Below, in pieces: positions 40,012 to 49,268 of a DNA stretch of 64,000 bases. Both the position numbers and the translations under genes were made by a program. Positions within the stretch are counted from its first letter, which is position 1, and the number at the start of each line of letters is the position of its first letter. The notes beneath the pieces are model-generated. The model saw only the letters and a list, made by a program, of their open reading frames with translations. It had not been told where the DNA came from and did no database searches. The stretch is from Candidatus Iainarchaeum sp. (lineage in GTDB: Archaea > Iainarchaeota > Iainarchaeia > Iainarchaeales > JAFCCW01): positions 32,001-96,000 of the forward strand of contig JAFCCW010000001.1 of assembly GCA_017609985.1 (NCBI GenBank), in the 5' to 3' direction.

Positions 40012-40575
40012 GTGGGAATTTACGACATTCCAGCTTCAGAACTGATTGAAGCAATGGCAAAAGATTTTGAAAAAGAAATTGAAAAACCTGAATTCACAGA
40101 ATATGTGAAAACCGGAGCAAGCAGAGAACGCGCACCAGTGAGAAGTGACTGGTGGCATATCAGACTTGCTTCAATTCTTTACAGAATTTCCAAGGACGGA
40201 GCAACAGGAACAGAAAGCCTAAGAACCTACTATGGCGGAAAAAAGAACAGAGGAAGCAAACCACACAGGTTCAGAAAAGCAAGCGGAAAAATTATTAGAC
40301 AAGCACTCCAGGAACTTGAAAAAGCAGGTTATCTCAAGAAAATCAAAAAAGGAAGAGATGTAACTGGAAAAGCCCAGAGCTTTATGTTAAAAAAAGCAAA
40401 AGAAGTTGAAAAAGAAGCAAAAGAAAACAAGGCAAAAAAGCCGGTGGAAAAAATAAAAAAATCTACAGAAAAAAGCATGGAAGAAAAAAAGGTTGAAGAA
40501 GCCCTTAAAGGAGACAAACCAAAACAGCAAAAAGAGGGCAAAAAAGAAAAACCTGAAAAAAATGAACAAAAATAG
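40012..40575 (+). CDS. rps19e: 30S ribosomal protein eS19 with charged C-terminal tail
   Basis: VKTG, DWWHIRLASIL, YGG, SGKIIRQALQELE; start GTG 40012 after GGAGG. Confidence 0.95.
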   Translation: MGIYDIPASELIEAMAKDFEKEIEKPEFTEYVKTGASRERAPVRSDWWHIRLASILYRISKDGATGTESLRTYYGGKKNRGSKPHRFRKASGKIIRQALQELEKAGYLKKIKKGRDVTGKAQSFMLKKAKEVEKEAKENKAKKPVEKIKKSTEKSMEEKKVEEALKGDKPKQQKEGKKEKPEKNEQK

Positions 40576-40898
40576 TGTTTTCTATGGACTATGCTGAAAT
40601 TCAAGAAAAAAGAAAACAACAATTAGTTGAAAATGGAGAAAGCAGGGAGGAAATAGAAAAAGCTGAAAAAAACGCAGAAAATCAAATTGCAGAAATTGCA
40701 AGAAAGATTCTCTCCGACAAAGCAAGGGAAAGGCTGAACAATGTAAAACTTGTTGACCGAGAAAAATATATGAGAGCTGTGCAAGTGCTTATGTATTTTT
40801 ATCAAAATAATCCAGCCTCAAAAATTTCCGACCAACAGCTAAAATCAATTCTTGCAAAACTCTCAGCAAAAAGGGAAACAAAAATCGTGAGGAAATGA
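40575..40898 (+). CDS. PDCD5/TFAR19-like DNA-binding protein
   Basis: ILSDKARERLNNVKL, KISDQQLKSIL; conserved position after rps19e. Confidence 0.88.
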   Translation: MFSMDYAEIQEKRKQQLVENGESREEIEKAEKNAENQIAEIARKILSDKARERLNNVKLVDREKYMRAVQVLMYFYQNNPASKISDQQLKSILAKLSAKRETKIVRK

Positions 40899-40903
40899 TA
40901 ATT

Positions 40904-41107
40904 ATGAGCTCAAACAAAGAACAAGACAAAAAAGAATTTCTTGTATCTGCAAGAAAATCCGTTAGTGCGGGCGTAACCAGCGTACCCGTATGGATACTGC
41001 AAAAGGCAGGAAAAAGAATCTGGAACCCAAAACAGAAAAGACACTGGACAATGACAGACTTTGGAAAACAGTACAGAAAAAGAAAAAATCAAAAAAAGGA
41101 CTCTTAA
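40904..41107 (+). CDS. rpl39e: 50S ribosomal protein eL39 (divergent)
   Basis: VPVWIL.K, KRHW; syntenic position. Confidence 0.75.
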   Translation: MSSNKEQDKKEFLVSARKSVSAGVTSVPVWILQKAGKRIWNPKQKRHWTMTDFGKQYRKRKNQKKDS

Positions 41108-41118
41108 CAGGTGATTGA

Positions 41119-41604
41119 ATGGCAGAAAAGAAAGCTGAAAAAGCAAAAGTGAAAAAAGCAGTAAAAAAGGAAAAAGAAGCACCAAAAGAACTTCATTACA
41201 TTGTGCCGCTTCAAAAAATAAACAATGCTCCAAAACCAAAGAGAGCAAGACGCGCAATCAAAAAGATTAAAGAGTTCTTCAAAAAGCATCTTCGCCTTGA
41301 AGAGTCACAGATAAAGCTGTCAGGAAAAATAAATGAAGCAATCTGGAAAAGGTCTGGAGAAAAGGTGCCGAAGAAACTTGCACTAAAAGCTGTTGCAGAA
41401 AAAAACAGAGCCAGTATTTTTCTCGAAGAAGAAAAAATAGAAAAAGCAAAAAAGAAAGAAAAAGCAAAAGAAGATAAAAAAGAAAAAAAAGAACCAAAGG
41501 GAAAAGAGGAAAAAGAAGAAGCCAAACAAGAGGAAAAAAAGAAAGAAAAAAAGCAAAGAGAAAAAGCATCAGAAGCATCAGCAATAAAACGCGGAACAAT
41601 GTAG
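41119..41604 (+). CDS. rpl31e: 50S ribosomal protein eL31 with charged extensions
   Basis: YIVPL, KRARRAIKKIKEF, INEAIWKRS. Confidence 0.92.
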   Translation: MAEKKAEKAKVKKAVKKEKEAPKELHYIVPLQKINNAPKPKRARRAIKKIKEFFKKHLRLEESQIKLSGKINEAIWKRSGEKVPKKLALKAVAEKNRASIFLEEEKIEKAKKKEKAKEDKKEKKEPKGKEEKEEAKQEEKKKEKKQREKASEASAIKRGTM

Positions 41605-41613
41605 GGTAGAGAA

Positions 41614-42276
41614 ATGGAAATAGAAAAAGCAAAATTAGAGCAGAGCCCATACATAGGAGTTTTTGCAATTATAACTGAAGAAAGAGCGCTTTTGCCTCTT
41701 AGAACAGAAAAAAGTGAACAAAAACTCTTTGAAAAAGTTCTCAAAGTAAAGATAGAAAAAGCAACAATTGCTTCTTCCCCACTGCTTGGAGCATTTGCAG
41801 CAGGAAACAGCAAAGGAATTGTAACAAGCGGGCTTGCAAGCAAGCAGGAAATAAAAAATCTTGAAAAAAAAGATTTCAATGTGCTGAGACTAAAAAGTAT
41901 TTCCGCAATAGGAAATATTCTTGAAATAAATGATGAAAAAGGAGTTTGTTCTCAAATTATTTCAGAAAAAGAAAAAAAAGAAATTGAAAAATTTTTAGGA
42001 ATAACAATTGAAACCCAAAAAATAGCTGGCACAGATCTTATTGGAAGCTGTATGGTGGCAACAAACAAAGGATTCATTGTTAATCCAAATATTTCCCAAA
42101 AAGAATTTGAAGAACTTGAAAAAAATTTTGGATTAGAAGGAAATGTGTCAACAGCAAACTATGGAGATGAACTTGTAGGAAACAGTGTTGTTGCAAACAG
42201 TAAAGGAGCAATGGTGGGAGGACTCACATCAGGACACGAGCTGATAAGGATTGATGAAGGATTAAGAGGTGAATAA
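41614..42276 (+). CDS. eif6: Translation initiation factor 6
   Basis: PYIGVF, AIGNI, TANYG, VANSKG. Confidence 0.93.
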   Translation: MEIEKAKLEQSPYIGVFAIITEERALLPLRTEKSEQKLFEKVLKVKIEKATIASSPLLGAFAAGNSKGIVTSGLASKQEIKNLEKKDFNVLRLKSISAIGNILEINDEKGVCSQIISEKEKKEIEKFLGITIETQKIAGTDLIGSCMVATNKGFIVNPNISQKEFEELEKNFGLEGNVSTANYGDELVGNSVVANSKGAMVGGLTSGHELIRIDEGLRGE

Positions 42277-42502
42277 AATGGCTGAAACTGAAAAAAAGGA
42301 AAATAAAAAAGAATTCAAAACATTTACTGTGACTGGAAGCTTTATAGATATAAAAGAAACCAAAAAGTTTTCAAAAGAAATTAAAGCAATTAATGAAAGA
42401 AACGCAGAAGAAAAAATAATGTCTATTTTTGGATCAAAGCATGGGGCTAAAAGAAGAAAGATTATAATAACAGAATTAAAAGAAGGAGGCAAAGAAAAAT
42501 GA
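42269..42502 (+). CDS. rpl18a: 50S ribosomal protein eL20 (L18Ae/LX)
   Basis: FSKEIKA, GSKHGAKRRKI. Confidence 0.9.
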   Translation: MNKMAETEKKENKKEFKTFTVTGSFIDIKETKKFSKEIKAINERNAEEKIMSIFGSKHGAKRRKIIITELKEGGKEK

Positions 42503-42942
42503 CTAAAGAACAAAAAATAACACTAAGCCTTCAGCAACTGGTTGAAGAAAGACAAAAATTGAATTCACGAATGAAATCATTGCAGCAGAAAGCAGGAACA
42601 AGAAGCCAGATCTTAGCAGAACTTTTTGCAGCAAGAGACACTCTTAATCACATAAAAGATTCAAAAACTGAAGAAAAAATAATGGTTGATTTGGGAGCGG
42701 GAGTGTATATTGAAGCAAAAATAGATGTAAAGGGAAAAGTACAACGAAGTTTTGCAGGAAATATAATTATTGATAAGAAAGCAGAAAATGTCCTAAAAGA
42801 CATAACAACAGATATTGAAAAAGTTCAAAAAGACATTGAGGCAATACAGCAGGAAATGGGACAGCTTGTTCAAAGCCAGCAGGGAATAGACACAATAATT
42901 GGACAGATTCAACAAAAACAATTTCAAGACAGAAAAAAATAG
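42499..42942 (+). CDS. pfdA: Prefoldin alpha subunit
   Basis: Coiled coils around MVDLGAGVYIEAK; synteny. Confidence 0.88.
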   Translation: MTKEQKITLSLQQLVEERQKLNSRMKSLQQKAGTRSQILAELFAARDTLNHIKDSKTEEKIMVDLGAGVYIEAKIDVKGKVQRSFAGNIIIDKKAENVLKDITTDIEKVQKDIEAIQQEMGQLVQSQQGIDTIIGQIQQKQFQDRKK

Positions 42943-42957
42943 AGAGACAGGTTTGAA

Positions 42958-44295
42958 ATGTTTGAATTCCTCAAAAAAAAAATAAACAACTTTACTTCAA
43001 AGATTGGAAAAAAAGAGGAACAAAAAGAACAACCTGAAGAAAAAAAAGAAACAGCTATTTCTCTAAAAGAAGAAAAAACTGGTCTTCCTGAAAAAAAGGA
43101 AAAAAAAGAAACCGGTTTACTAAAAGAACCAGTAGTCAAAGGCACAAAAGAAGTTGAACTGGAAACAGTAAAAGAAGTTGAAACAGGAGAATTGAAAGAA
43201 AAAAGTAAATCAGAAAATGAAGACTGGGAAGAAAAAAAGATTAGAAAAACAGAGGAGGAGACTGAAGAATTAGGTGCGCAGGAAGTTGGTGAAGAAAAAA
43301 ACGAGCAAGAGATTGTTGAAAAATTAGAACCACAAAAAATTATTGACGAAGCAGAGGAAAAAAAAGCAATCGCAAAATCAGCAGAGGAATTAGACAAAAG
43401 AGAGCTTAAAGCAAAAATGAGTGTTTCAGGAAAGCTCCTTGGATTTGTCACAGGAAAAGTAAAACTTAAAGAAAAAGAACTTGAAGAACTTATCTGGGAA
43501 TTTGAACTTTCTCTCCTAGAAGCAGATGTTGAACAAGAAACAGCAGAAAAAATTTGCTCAAAATTAAAAGAAGAAATGGTTGGAAAAGAAATTCCAAAAA
43601 AAGAAATTGACAAATTTGTAAAAGAAAACATAAAAAAAGCTCTTGAAAAAGCACTTGAAAGCAGTAAATACAATCTCTTGGAAGAAATTGGTTCAAAAAA
43701 AGAAAAACCATTCAAAATACTGTTTCTTGGACCGAACGGAGCAGGAAAAACAACAACAATTGCAAAGATAACAAAGCTCCTGCAAGGAAACGGAAAACAA
43801 GTACTGCTTGCAGCAGCAGACACTTTCAGAGCAGCTTCAATAGAACAGCTTGAAACACACGCAGAAAAACTTGGAGTAAGAGTAATCAAGCACGATTATG
43901 GAGCAGATCCTGCGGCAGTTGCATTCGATGCAGTTGAATCAGCAAAAAGCAAGGGAATAGATGTAGTGCTTATTGATACTGCGGGAAGACAGCACACAAA
44001 CAAGAATCTACTGGAAGAATTAAAAAAAATTGAACGGGTAGTGAAACCAGATGCAAAGATATTCATCGGAGAAGCATTGTCGGGACAAAGCCTGATTGAA
44101 CAGGCAAAAAAGTTTGACGAAGAATTAGGATTGGATGGATTTATTTTGACAAAGATTGACACAGACGCAAAAGGGGGGACACTTATTTCGCTTGTTTCAA
44201 AGATTGGCAAACCAGTAATCTATGTTGGAACAGGACAAGAATATACTGATTTGGAAGAGTTCTCTCCAGAATTTATAATAGGCAGAGTTGTCTAG
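42958..44295 (+). CDS. ftsY: SRP receptor FtsY
   Basis: GPNGAGKTTT, DTFRAA, DTAGR, TKID..AKGG; long charged N-terminus. Confidence 0.95.
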   Translation: MFEFLKKKINNFTSKIGKKEEQKEQPEEKKETAISLKEEKTGLPEKKEKKETGLLKEPVVKGTKEVELETVKEVETGELKEKSKSENEDWEEKKIRKTEEETEELGAQEVGEEKNEQEIVEKLEPQKIIDEAEEKKAIAKSAEELDKRELKAKMSVSGKLLGFVTGKVKLKEKELEELIWEFELSLLEADVEQETAEKICSKLKEEMVGKEIPKKEIDKFVKENIKKALEKALESSKYNLLEEIGSKKEKPFKILFLGPNGAGKTTTIAKITKLLQGNGKQVLLAAADTFRAASIEQLETHAEKLGVRVIKHDYGADPAAVAFDAVESAKSKGIDVVLIDTAGRQHTNKNLLEELKKIERVVKPDAKIFIGEALSGQSLIEQAKKFDEELGLDGFILTKIDTDAKGGTLISLVSKIGKPVIYVGTGQEYTDLEEFSPEFIIGRVV

Positions 44296-45395
44296 ACAAG
44301 TTCTTCAACAGGAGTAAAATCAAGGGAATGAGCAGAAGCAACTCCCTGATTTGTAATTTTTCCATCAACAATGTTTACTCCCTTTGCAAACTCTTTGTCA
44401 GACTTAAAAACAGAAAAACCAGCTTTTGCAAGTTTTTGAATATAAGAAAGAGTAGAGTTTGTAAGAGCAATTGTTGAAGTGCGTGGAAACGCACCAGGCA
44501 TGTTTGCAACACAGTAATGAATTACTCCATACTTTTCAAAAACAGGGTTTGAATGAGTTGTAGGGTGAGAAGTTTCAAAGATGCCTCCCTGGTCAATTGC
44601 AACATCCACAATAACAGAACCAGGTTTCATTGAAGAAACCATTTCTTCGGAAACAATTTTTGGAGCACGAGAGCCAGGAATATAAACTGCTCCAACAACA
44701 ACATCGGATTTTTTGACAGTTTCAGTAATTGAATCAAGAGTTGACTCGAGAATTTTTGCATTTGGAAAAATGTTCTTAAGTTCCATAATACGGTCTGAAC
44801 TTTTTTCAAGAATTGTTAAGTCTGCACCAAGACCAGATGCAACCTGAGCAGCTGACTGACCAACTACGCCTCCGCCAATAACGGTTATTACTGCGGGAGA
44901 AACTCCGGTTACACCTGAAAATAGCAATCCTTTTCCGCCAGCTGGTTTTGAAAGATAAAAAGAACCCATTAATGGAGCCATTTTTCCCGCAACCTCAGAC
45001 ATTGGCGCAAGCAAGGGGGTTTTTCCATCAACCTCAACTGTTTCATAAGCAATGCAGGTAGCGCCAGAAGAAAGCATTGCATCAGTTAGCTTGCGATTTG
45101 AAGCAAAATGAAAATAAGTAAAAATAAGCTGTCCTTTTTTGAAAAAAGAATACTCACTTTCAAGAGGCTCTTTTATTTTAACAACCAGTTCAGAGCGTGA
45201 GGCAATCTGCTCAGGGCTTGAAACAAGCTCTGCACCGGAATCAGAGTATTCTTTATCAGGGAATCCAGATCCAAGACCAGCCCCGGCTTCAACTAAAACA
45301 GTATGCCTGTTAGACACCAGAGTTTTTGTGCCAGCGGGAGTTAGAGCAACGCGATTTTCATTGTCTTTAATTTCTTTCAAACACCCAATAATCAT
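44292..45395 (-). CDS. ald: Alanine dehydrogenase (AlaDH/PNT family)
   Basis: KEIKDNENRVALTP, LAPMSEVAG, DVAIDQGG, YCVANMPG. Confidence 0.95.
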   Translation of the reverse strand: MIIGCLKEIKDNENRVALTPAGTKTLVSNRHTVLVEAGAGLGSGFPDKEYSDSGAELVSSPEQIASRSELVVKIKEPLESEYSFFKKGQLIFTYFHFASNRKLTDAMLSSGATCIAYETVEVDGKTPLLAPMSEVAGKMAPLMGSFYLSKPAGGKGLLFSGVTGVSPAVITVIGGGVVGQSAAQVASGLGADLTILEKSSDRIMELKNIFPNAKILESTLDSITETVKKSDVVVGAVYIPGSRAPKIVSEEMVSSMKPGSVIVDVAIDQGGIFETSHPTTHSNPVFEKYGVIHYCVANMPGAFPRTSTIALTNSTLSYIQKLAKAGFSVFKSDKEFAKGVNIVDGKITNQGVASAHSLDFTPVEELV

Positions 45396-45562
45396 AAAAA
45401 AAAGACGAGATCTAAGAATTTAATTGTTTTGGTTGAAAAAATAGAAATTAGTTAATGAATGAATCAGAGAATGCAATCAAAGAAGAGAAGACTTGCTTTT
45501 GAAAAAAATGAAAACATTGTGTTTATTTAATGCTTTCGGGGGAAAAATCTTGAAGTGAGTAA

Positions 45563-46924
45563 ATGGCATTAGGCGAAAAATTAAGAGGAGCGCTTGACAA
45601 AATACAGCAGGCAAGCGCAATAGACAAAGAAACTGTAAAAGACGCTCTCAAAGAAATGCAACGAGCGTTAATCAGTGCAGATGTAGAAATAAAACTGGTT
45701 TTAGAACTTTCAAAAAAGATTGAAGGGAAAGCATTTAAAGAGCTTCCAAAGGGACTGACAAGGCGCGAGCACATAGTCAAGCTAATGCACGACTCTCTCT
45801 CAGAATTAATTGGAGGCAAAAATGAAACACAGGAAAAAGAGCCAAAAAAAATACTGCTGGTTGGACTGTATGGAATGGGAAAAACAACTACTGCAGTAAA
45901 GCTTGCAAAATATTACTCAAAACGGGGAAGAAAGGTTGGATTAATCGGAGCAGACACTTACAGACCTGCTGCACTTGAACAGTTAAAACAGTTAGCAGAA
46001 AAAGAAAAAATTGCAGTGTATGGAAACAAGAAAGAAAAAGAACCATACAAGGTAGTGGAACAGGGATTAAGGGAATTGAAAGACTATGATTTATTGATTG
46101 TGGACAGTGCAGGAAGAAATGCGCTTGAAGGAAATTTAGTAGAAGAAATTGAAAAAGTGGAAAAAACACTTAAAGCAGACCAAAGATGGCTTGTGATGGG
46201 TGCAGACATTGGGCAGATAGCAAAAAAGCAGGCAGAAGCATTTCACAATGCAGTGAAAGTAAACGGAGTGATTATTACAAGAATTGACGGATCAGCAAAG
46301 GGAGGCGGAGCACTGGCAGGATGCGCAGTCACTAAGGCACAGGTTCTGTTTATTGGAACAGGAGAAAAAGCAGGAGACTTGGAAGAATTTGATGCACAGA
46401 GATATCTTGGAAGAATAATGGGTTATGGAGACCTAGCAGGACTTCTGGAAAAAGCAAAAGAAGCAGCAGAGAATGAGGAAATATCACCAGAAGAAATGCT
46501 CAAAGGAGAATTCACACTCAAAGCATTTTATCAGCAGTTAAAAGCAGCCAGAAAAATGGGGCCTCTGGACAAAGTAGCGGAAATGATGGGATTGAAAATG
46601 CAGCTGCCAAAAGAAGCTCTAGAGCAAAGCGAAGAAAAACTTGACAAATTCAAAGTAATGATGGATTCAATGACAGAGCAAGAATTGCGAGAGCCGGAAA
46701 AACTGAACAAGAACAGGATTCAGAGAGTATCAAAAGGAAGCGGAACAACAGAGGAAGAAGTAAGAGAGCTTATTAAACAGTACAAGCAAATGAAAAAAAT
46801 GTTTAAGAATTTCAAAAAAATTGGAAGCAAAAAAAAGATTGAGAAAATGCAGAAAAAAGGCGGACTAGACCTGGCTGGGTTGATGGGCGGAAAAGTTAAA
46901 AAGAAAAAGTTCAAGATAAGATAG
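45563..46924 (+). CDS. srp54: Signal recognition particle protein SRP54
   Basis: GMGKTTT, DTYRPAA, DSAGR, Met-rich M domain. Confidence 0.95.
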   Translation: MALGEKLRGALDKIQQASAIDKETVKDALKEMQRALISADVEIKLVLELSKKIEGKAFKELPKGLTRREHIVKLMHDSLSELIGGKNETQEKEPKKILLVGLYGMGKTTTAVKLAKYYSKRGRKVGLIGADTYRPAALEQLKQLAEKEKIAVYGNKKEKEPYKVVEQGLRELKDYDLLIVDSAGRNALEGNLVEEIEKVEKTLKADQRWLVMGADIGQIAKKQAEAFHNAVKVNGVIITRIDGSAKGGGALAGCAVTKAQVLFIGTGEKAGDLEEFDAQRYLGRIMGYGDLAGLLEKAKEAAENEEISPEEMLKGEFTLKAFYQQLKAARKMGPLDKVAEMMGLKMQLPKEALEQSEEKLDKFKVMMDSMTEQELREPEKLNKNRIQRVSKGSGTTEEEVRELIKQYKQMKKMFKNFKKIGSKKKIEKMQKKGGLDLAGLMGGKVKKKKFKIR

Positions 46925-46930
46925 AGAAGC

Positions 46931-47746
46931 ATGGGCTTTCTGATTTTAAGACAAGCAATAATATTGCTCGGAACAGGAGCTGGAGCAATAACAGATGCAA
47001 GAACAGGGATGATACCCGACAAGATTACGTTGACAATGATTGCAATCGGGATTCTATTAAATATTGCTGAACTAAAGATAGAGCTTTTTGCAGTTGGCGC
47101 AATAGTGTTTGCAATAGGATATCTTGCCTACTGGGCTGGAAAAATTGGGGGTGGAGACGTAAAACTGTTCACAGGAATAGCGCTTCTTATTCCCTTTTCA
47201 GGAAAGGGAATTTTTATTCTAGATGTATTGATGGCAGCAGCACTGACCTCCATCGTATTCTACGGAGCGCTCTACTCAATCAAGTATGCAAGAAAAGGAA
47301 TTGAATGGAAAGAAATCAAAACAGGGGTTGGAAGAGCAGGATTGATTGGAGCATTTATTACATTGTATTTTTTCATGATTTATTCCTACAAGTTAATGAG
47401 CCTTGAAGGAATTAGCGTGCTCGGAATAGCAGTTTTCTTTGCACTAGTATTCCTTGCGCTGGAAAAAGGAATAAGAAAAGAATTCTTTTTGAAAAAAGTG
47501 AAGCTAGGGAACCTAGAAGAAGACGAGGTTGTAGCACAAGATTTTTTGGATGAAAAAGTGAAAAAAATACTGGGATTAAAATTCAAGGGAGTTATTGGAC
47601 AAAAAGAATTGATTGCATTGAAGAAAGAAGGAGTAAAGGAAATATCTGTTTATCAGAACCTGCCACCGTTTGCACCATTTATTTTTATTGGAATAGTTAT
47701 TGCAATAGCAGTCCCTGGGTTGATGGAAAAAATATTATTTGTTTGA
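46931..47746 (+). CDS. Prepilin/preflagellin peptidase (A24; PibD/FlaK-like)
   Basis: TDART..IPD, IGGGDVKL, PFAPFI. Confidence 0.88.
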   Translation: MGFLILRQAIILLGTGAGAITDARTGMIPDKITLTMIAIGILLNIAELKIELFAVGAIVFAIGYLAYWAGKIGGGDVKLFTGIALLIPFSGKGIFILDVLMAAALTSIVFYGALYSIKYARKGIEWKEIKTGVGRAGLIGAFITLYFFMIYSYKLMSLEGISVLGIAVFFALVFLALEKGIRKEFFLKKVKLGNLEEDEVVAQDFLDEKVKKILGLKFKGVIGQKELIALKKEGVKEISVYQNLPPFAPFIFIGIVIAIAVPGLMEKILFV

Positions 47747-47752
47747 ATTAGT

Positions 47753-48082
47753 TTATGTCTTCTTCAAGTATTTATTGTGGAGCCGTTCAATTTCTGAAAT
47801 TTGCGCAGAAGTAAATGAGTTTCCTTCTTCTCTCCGGCTTCTCCAAATATTTGCTAAGATAGATAGTTCTTCCTCACGCCCAGTAGGAGCTTCACCAAAC
47901 TGATTGAATTCTCTGTGAAGTTCTTCAAGCATTTTATCAGGAGAAATTTCAGGAAGCTCACGTCTAACAGAACCAGAAACAAGTCTTTTGAAAACACGGC
48001 CTATTCTTTGCAGAGCACGTGCTGACAAATTGCGATTAGGATTATCTCCAAGCGCTCTCCTCTTTCCAGGTTTTGCAGGCAT
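47753..48082 (-). CDS. Hypothetical protein
   Basis: 109-aa ORF in gap, TATA-like TTTAATA upstream. Confidence 0.55.
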   Translation of the reverse strand: MPAKPGKRRALGDNPNRNLSARALQRIGRVFKRLVSGSVRRELPEISPDKMLEELHREFNQFGEAPTGREEELSILANIWRSRREEGNSFTSAQISEIERLHNKYLKKT

Positions 48083-48114
48083 AATAGATATATTAAACGC
48101 TTTCTACAATAAAA

Positions 48115-49197
48115 ATGTTTATGGTGACTGAAAAATTTATGCAAACCGCTCTCAGGCTTGCGCGAAAGGGGCGTGGAAGAGTCTCTCCGAACCCAATGGT
48201 TGGAGCAGTGATTGTCAAGAACGGAAAAATTGTTGGTAAGGGATGGCACAAAAAATTTGGAGAAACACATGCTGAAGTGAATGCGCTTGCAGAAGCAGGA
48301 AGTAAAGCAAGACATGCAGAGCTATATGTTAATCTTGAGCCCTGTTCTCATTTTGGAAAACAACCGCCTTGCGTAAATGCAATAATTGACGCAGGCATCA
48401 GGAAAGTTGTTTGTGCAATGAAAGATCCAAATCCATTGGTTGCTGGCAAGGGAATTAATAGACTGAAAAGAGCAGGAATAATAGTTGAAACAGGTTTGTT
48501 GAAAGAAAAAGCAAAAGACCTGAACAAGGCTTTTGTTAAATGGGTGCTGACGGGAAAGCCTTTTGTGACGTTGAAGATTGCAATGACCGAGAATGGATTT
48601 ATTTCCTGGGGAAATGGAAAAAGGAAAAAAATTACTGAAAAAGAAAGCCTGCAAAAAGTTCAAGAACTGAGAGCAGAGCATGACGCAGTGCTTGTTGGAA
48701 TAAACACTGTGTTAAAAGACAACCCAAAATTATCAAACAGGTCGGGCATGGGAGAACAGCCGGCAAAAATTATATTGGATTCAAATTTGAAAATTCCGCT
48801 GGACTCAAAAATTATTAAAGGAAAGGGAAAAATAATAATTTTTCACTCAGGAAGAAATATTGATAAGGAAAGAAAGCTGAAGAAAAAAGAAGTGGACCTT
48901 GAAAAAGTGAAAGGAATTAAAGGAAAAATTCCAATACAGAAAGTATTGCAAGTGCTTGGCAAAAAAGGAATAACAAGCCTGTTGGTGGAAGGCGGTCAGG
49001 AAATAAACACTTCTTTTATTGAAGAAGGAAAAGCAGACAAGCTTGTGTTGTTTATGTCAAAAAAGAATGTGAAAAACGGAATGTATTTTGTGAAAATCTT
49101 AAAAAATAAAAATCTGCTTGACACAAAAGCCACAAAAATTAAAAATTGGAAAATTCAGAGAAAAGGAAAAGATTTGATGCTGGACGCCTATTTTTAG
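48115..49197 (+). CDS. ribD: Bifunctional riboflavin biosynthesis deaminase/reductase
   Basis: PNPMVGAV, HAE, PCSH...PPC, DNP, VEGG. Confidence 0.95.
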   Translation: MFMVTEKFMQTALRLARKGRGRVSPNPMVGAVIVKNGKIVGKGWHKKFGETHAEVNALAEAGSKARHAELYVNLEPCSHFGKQPPCVNAIIDAGIRKVVCAMKDPNPLVAGKGINRLKRAGIIVETGLLKEKAKDLNKAFVKWVLTGKPFVTLKIAMTENGFISWGNGKRKKITEKESLQKVQELRAEHDAVLVGINTVLKDNPKLSNRSGMGEQPAKIILDSNLKIPLDSKIIKGKGKIIIFHSGRNIDKERKLKKKEVDLEKVKGIKGKIPIQKVLQVLGKKGITSLLVEGGQEINTSFIEEGKADKLVLFMSKKNVKNGMYFVKILKNKNLLDTKATKIKNWKIQRKGKDLMLDAYF

Positions 49198-49268
49198 GAA
49201 TTAGTAAAAAACCTAATCAATCAATAGTTTATTTATATATCCAAAAACACAATATTTGAGGTGATTTA

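Noticed and set aside
42924-43889. Long antisense ORFs (here and at 22969..23619, 41211..41879)
   Set aside because: Shadows of well-supported genes on the opposite strand, with no motifs.
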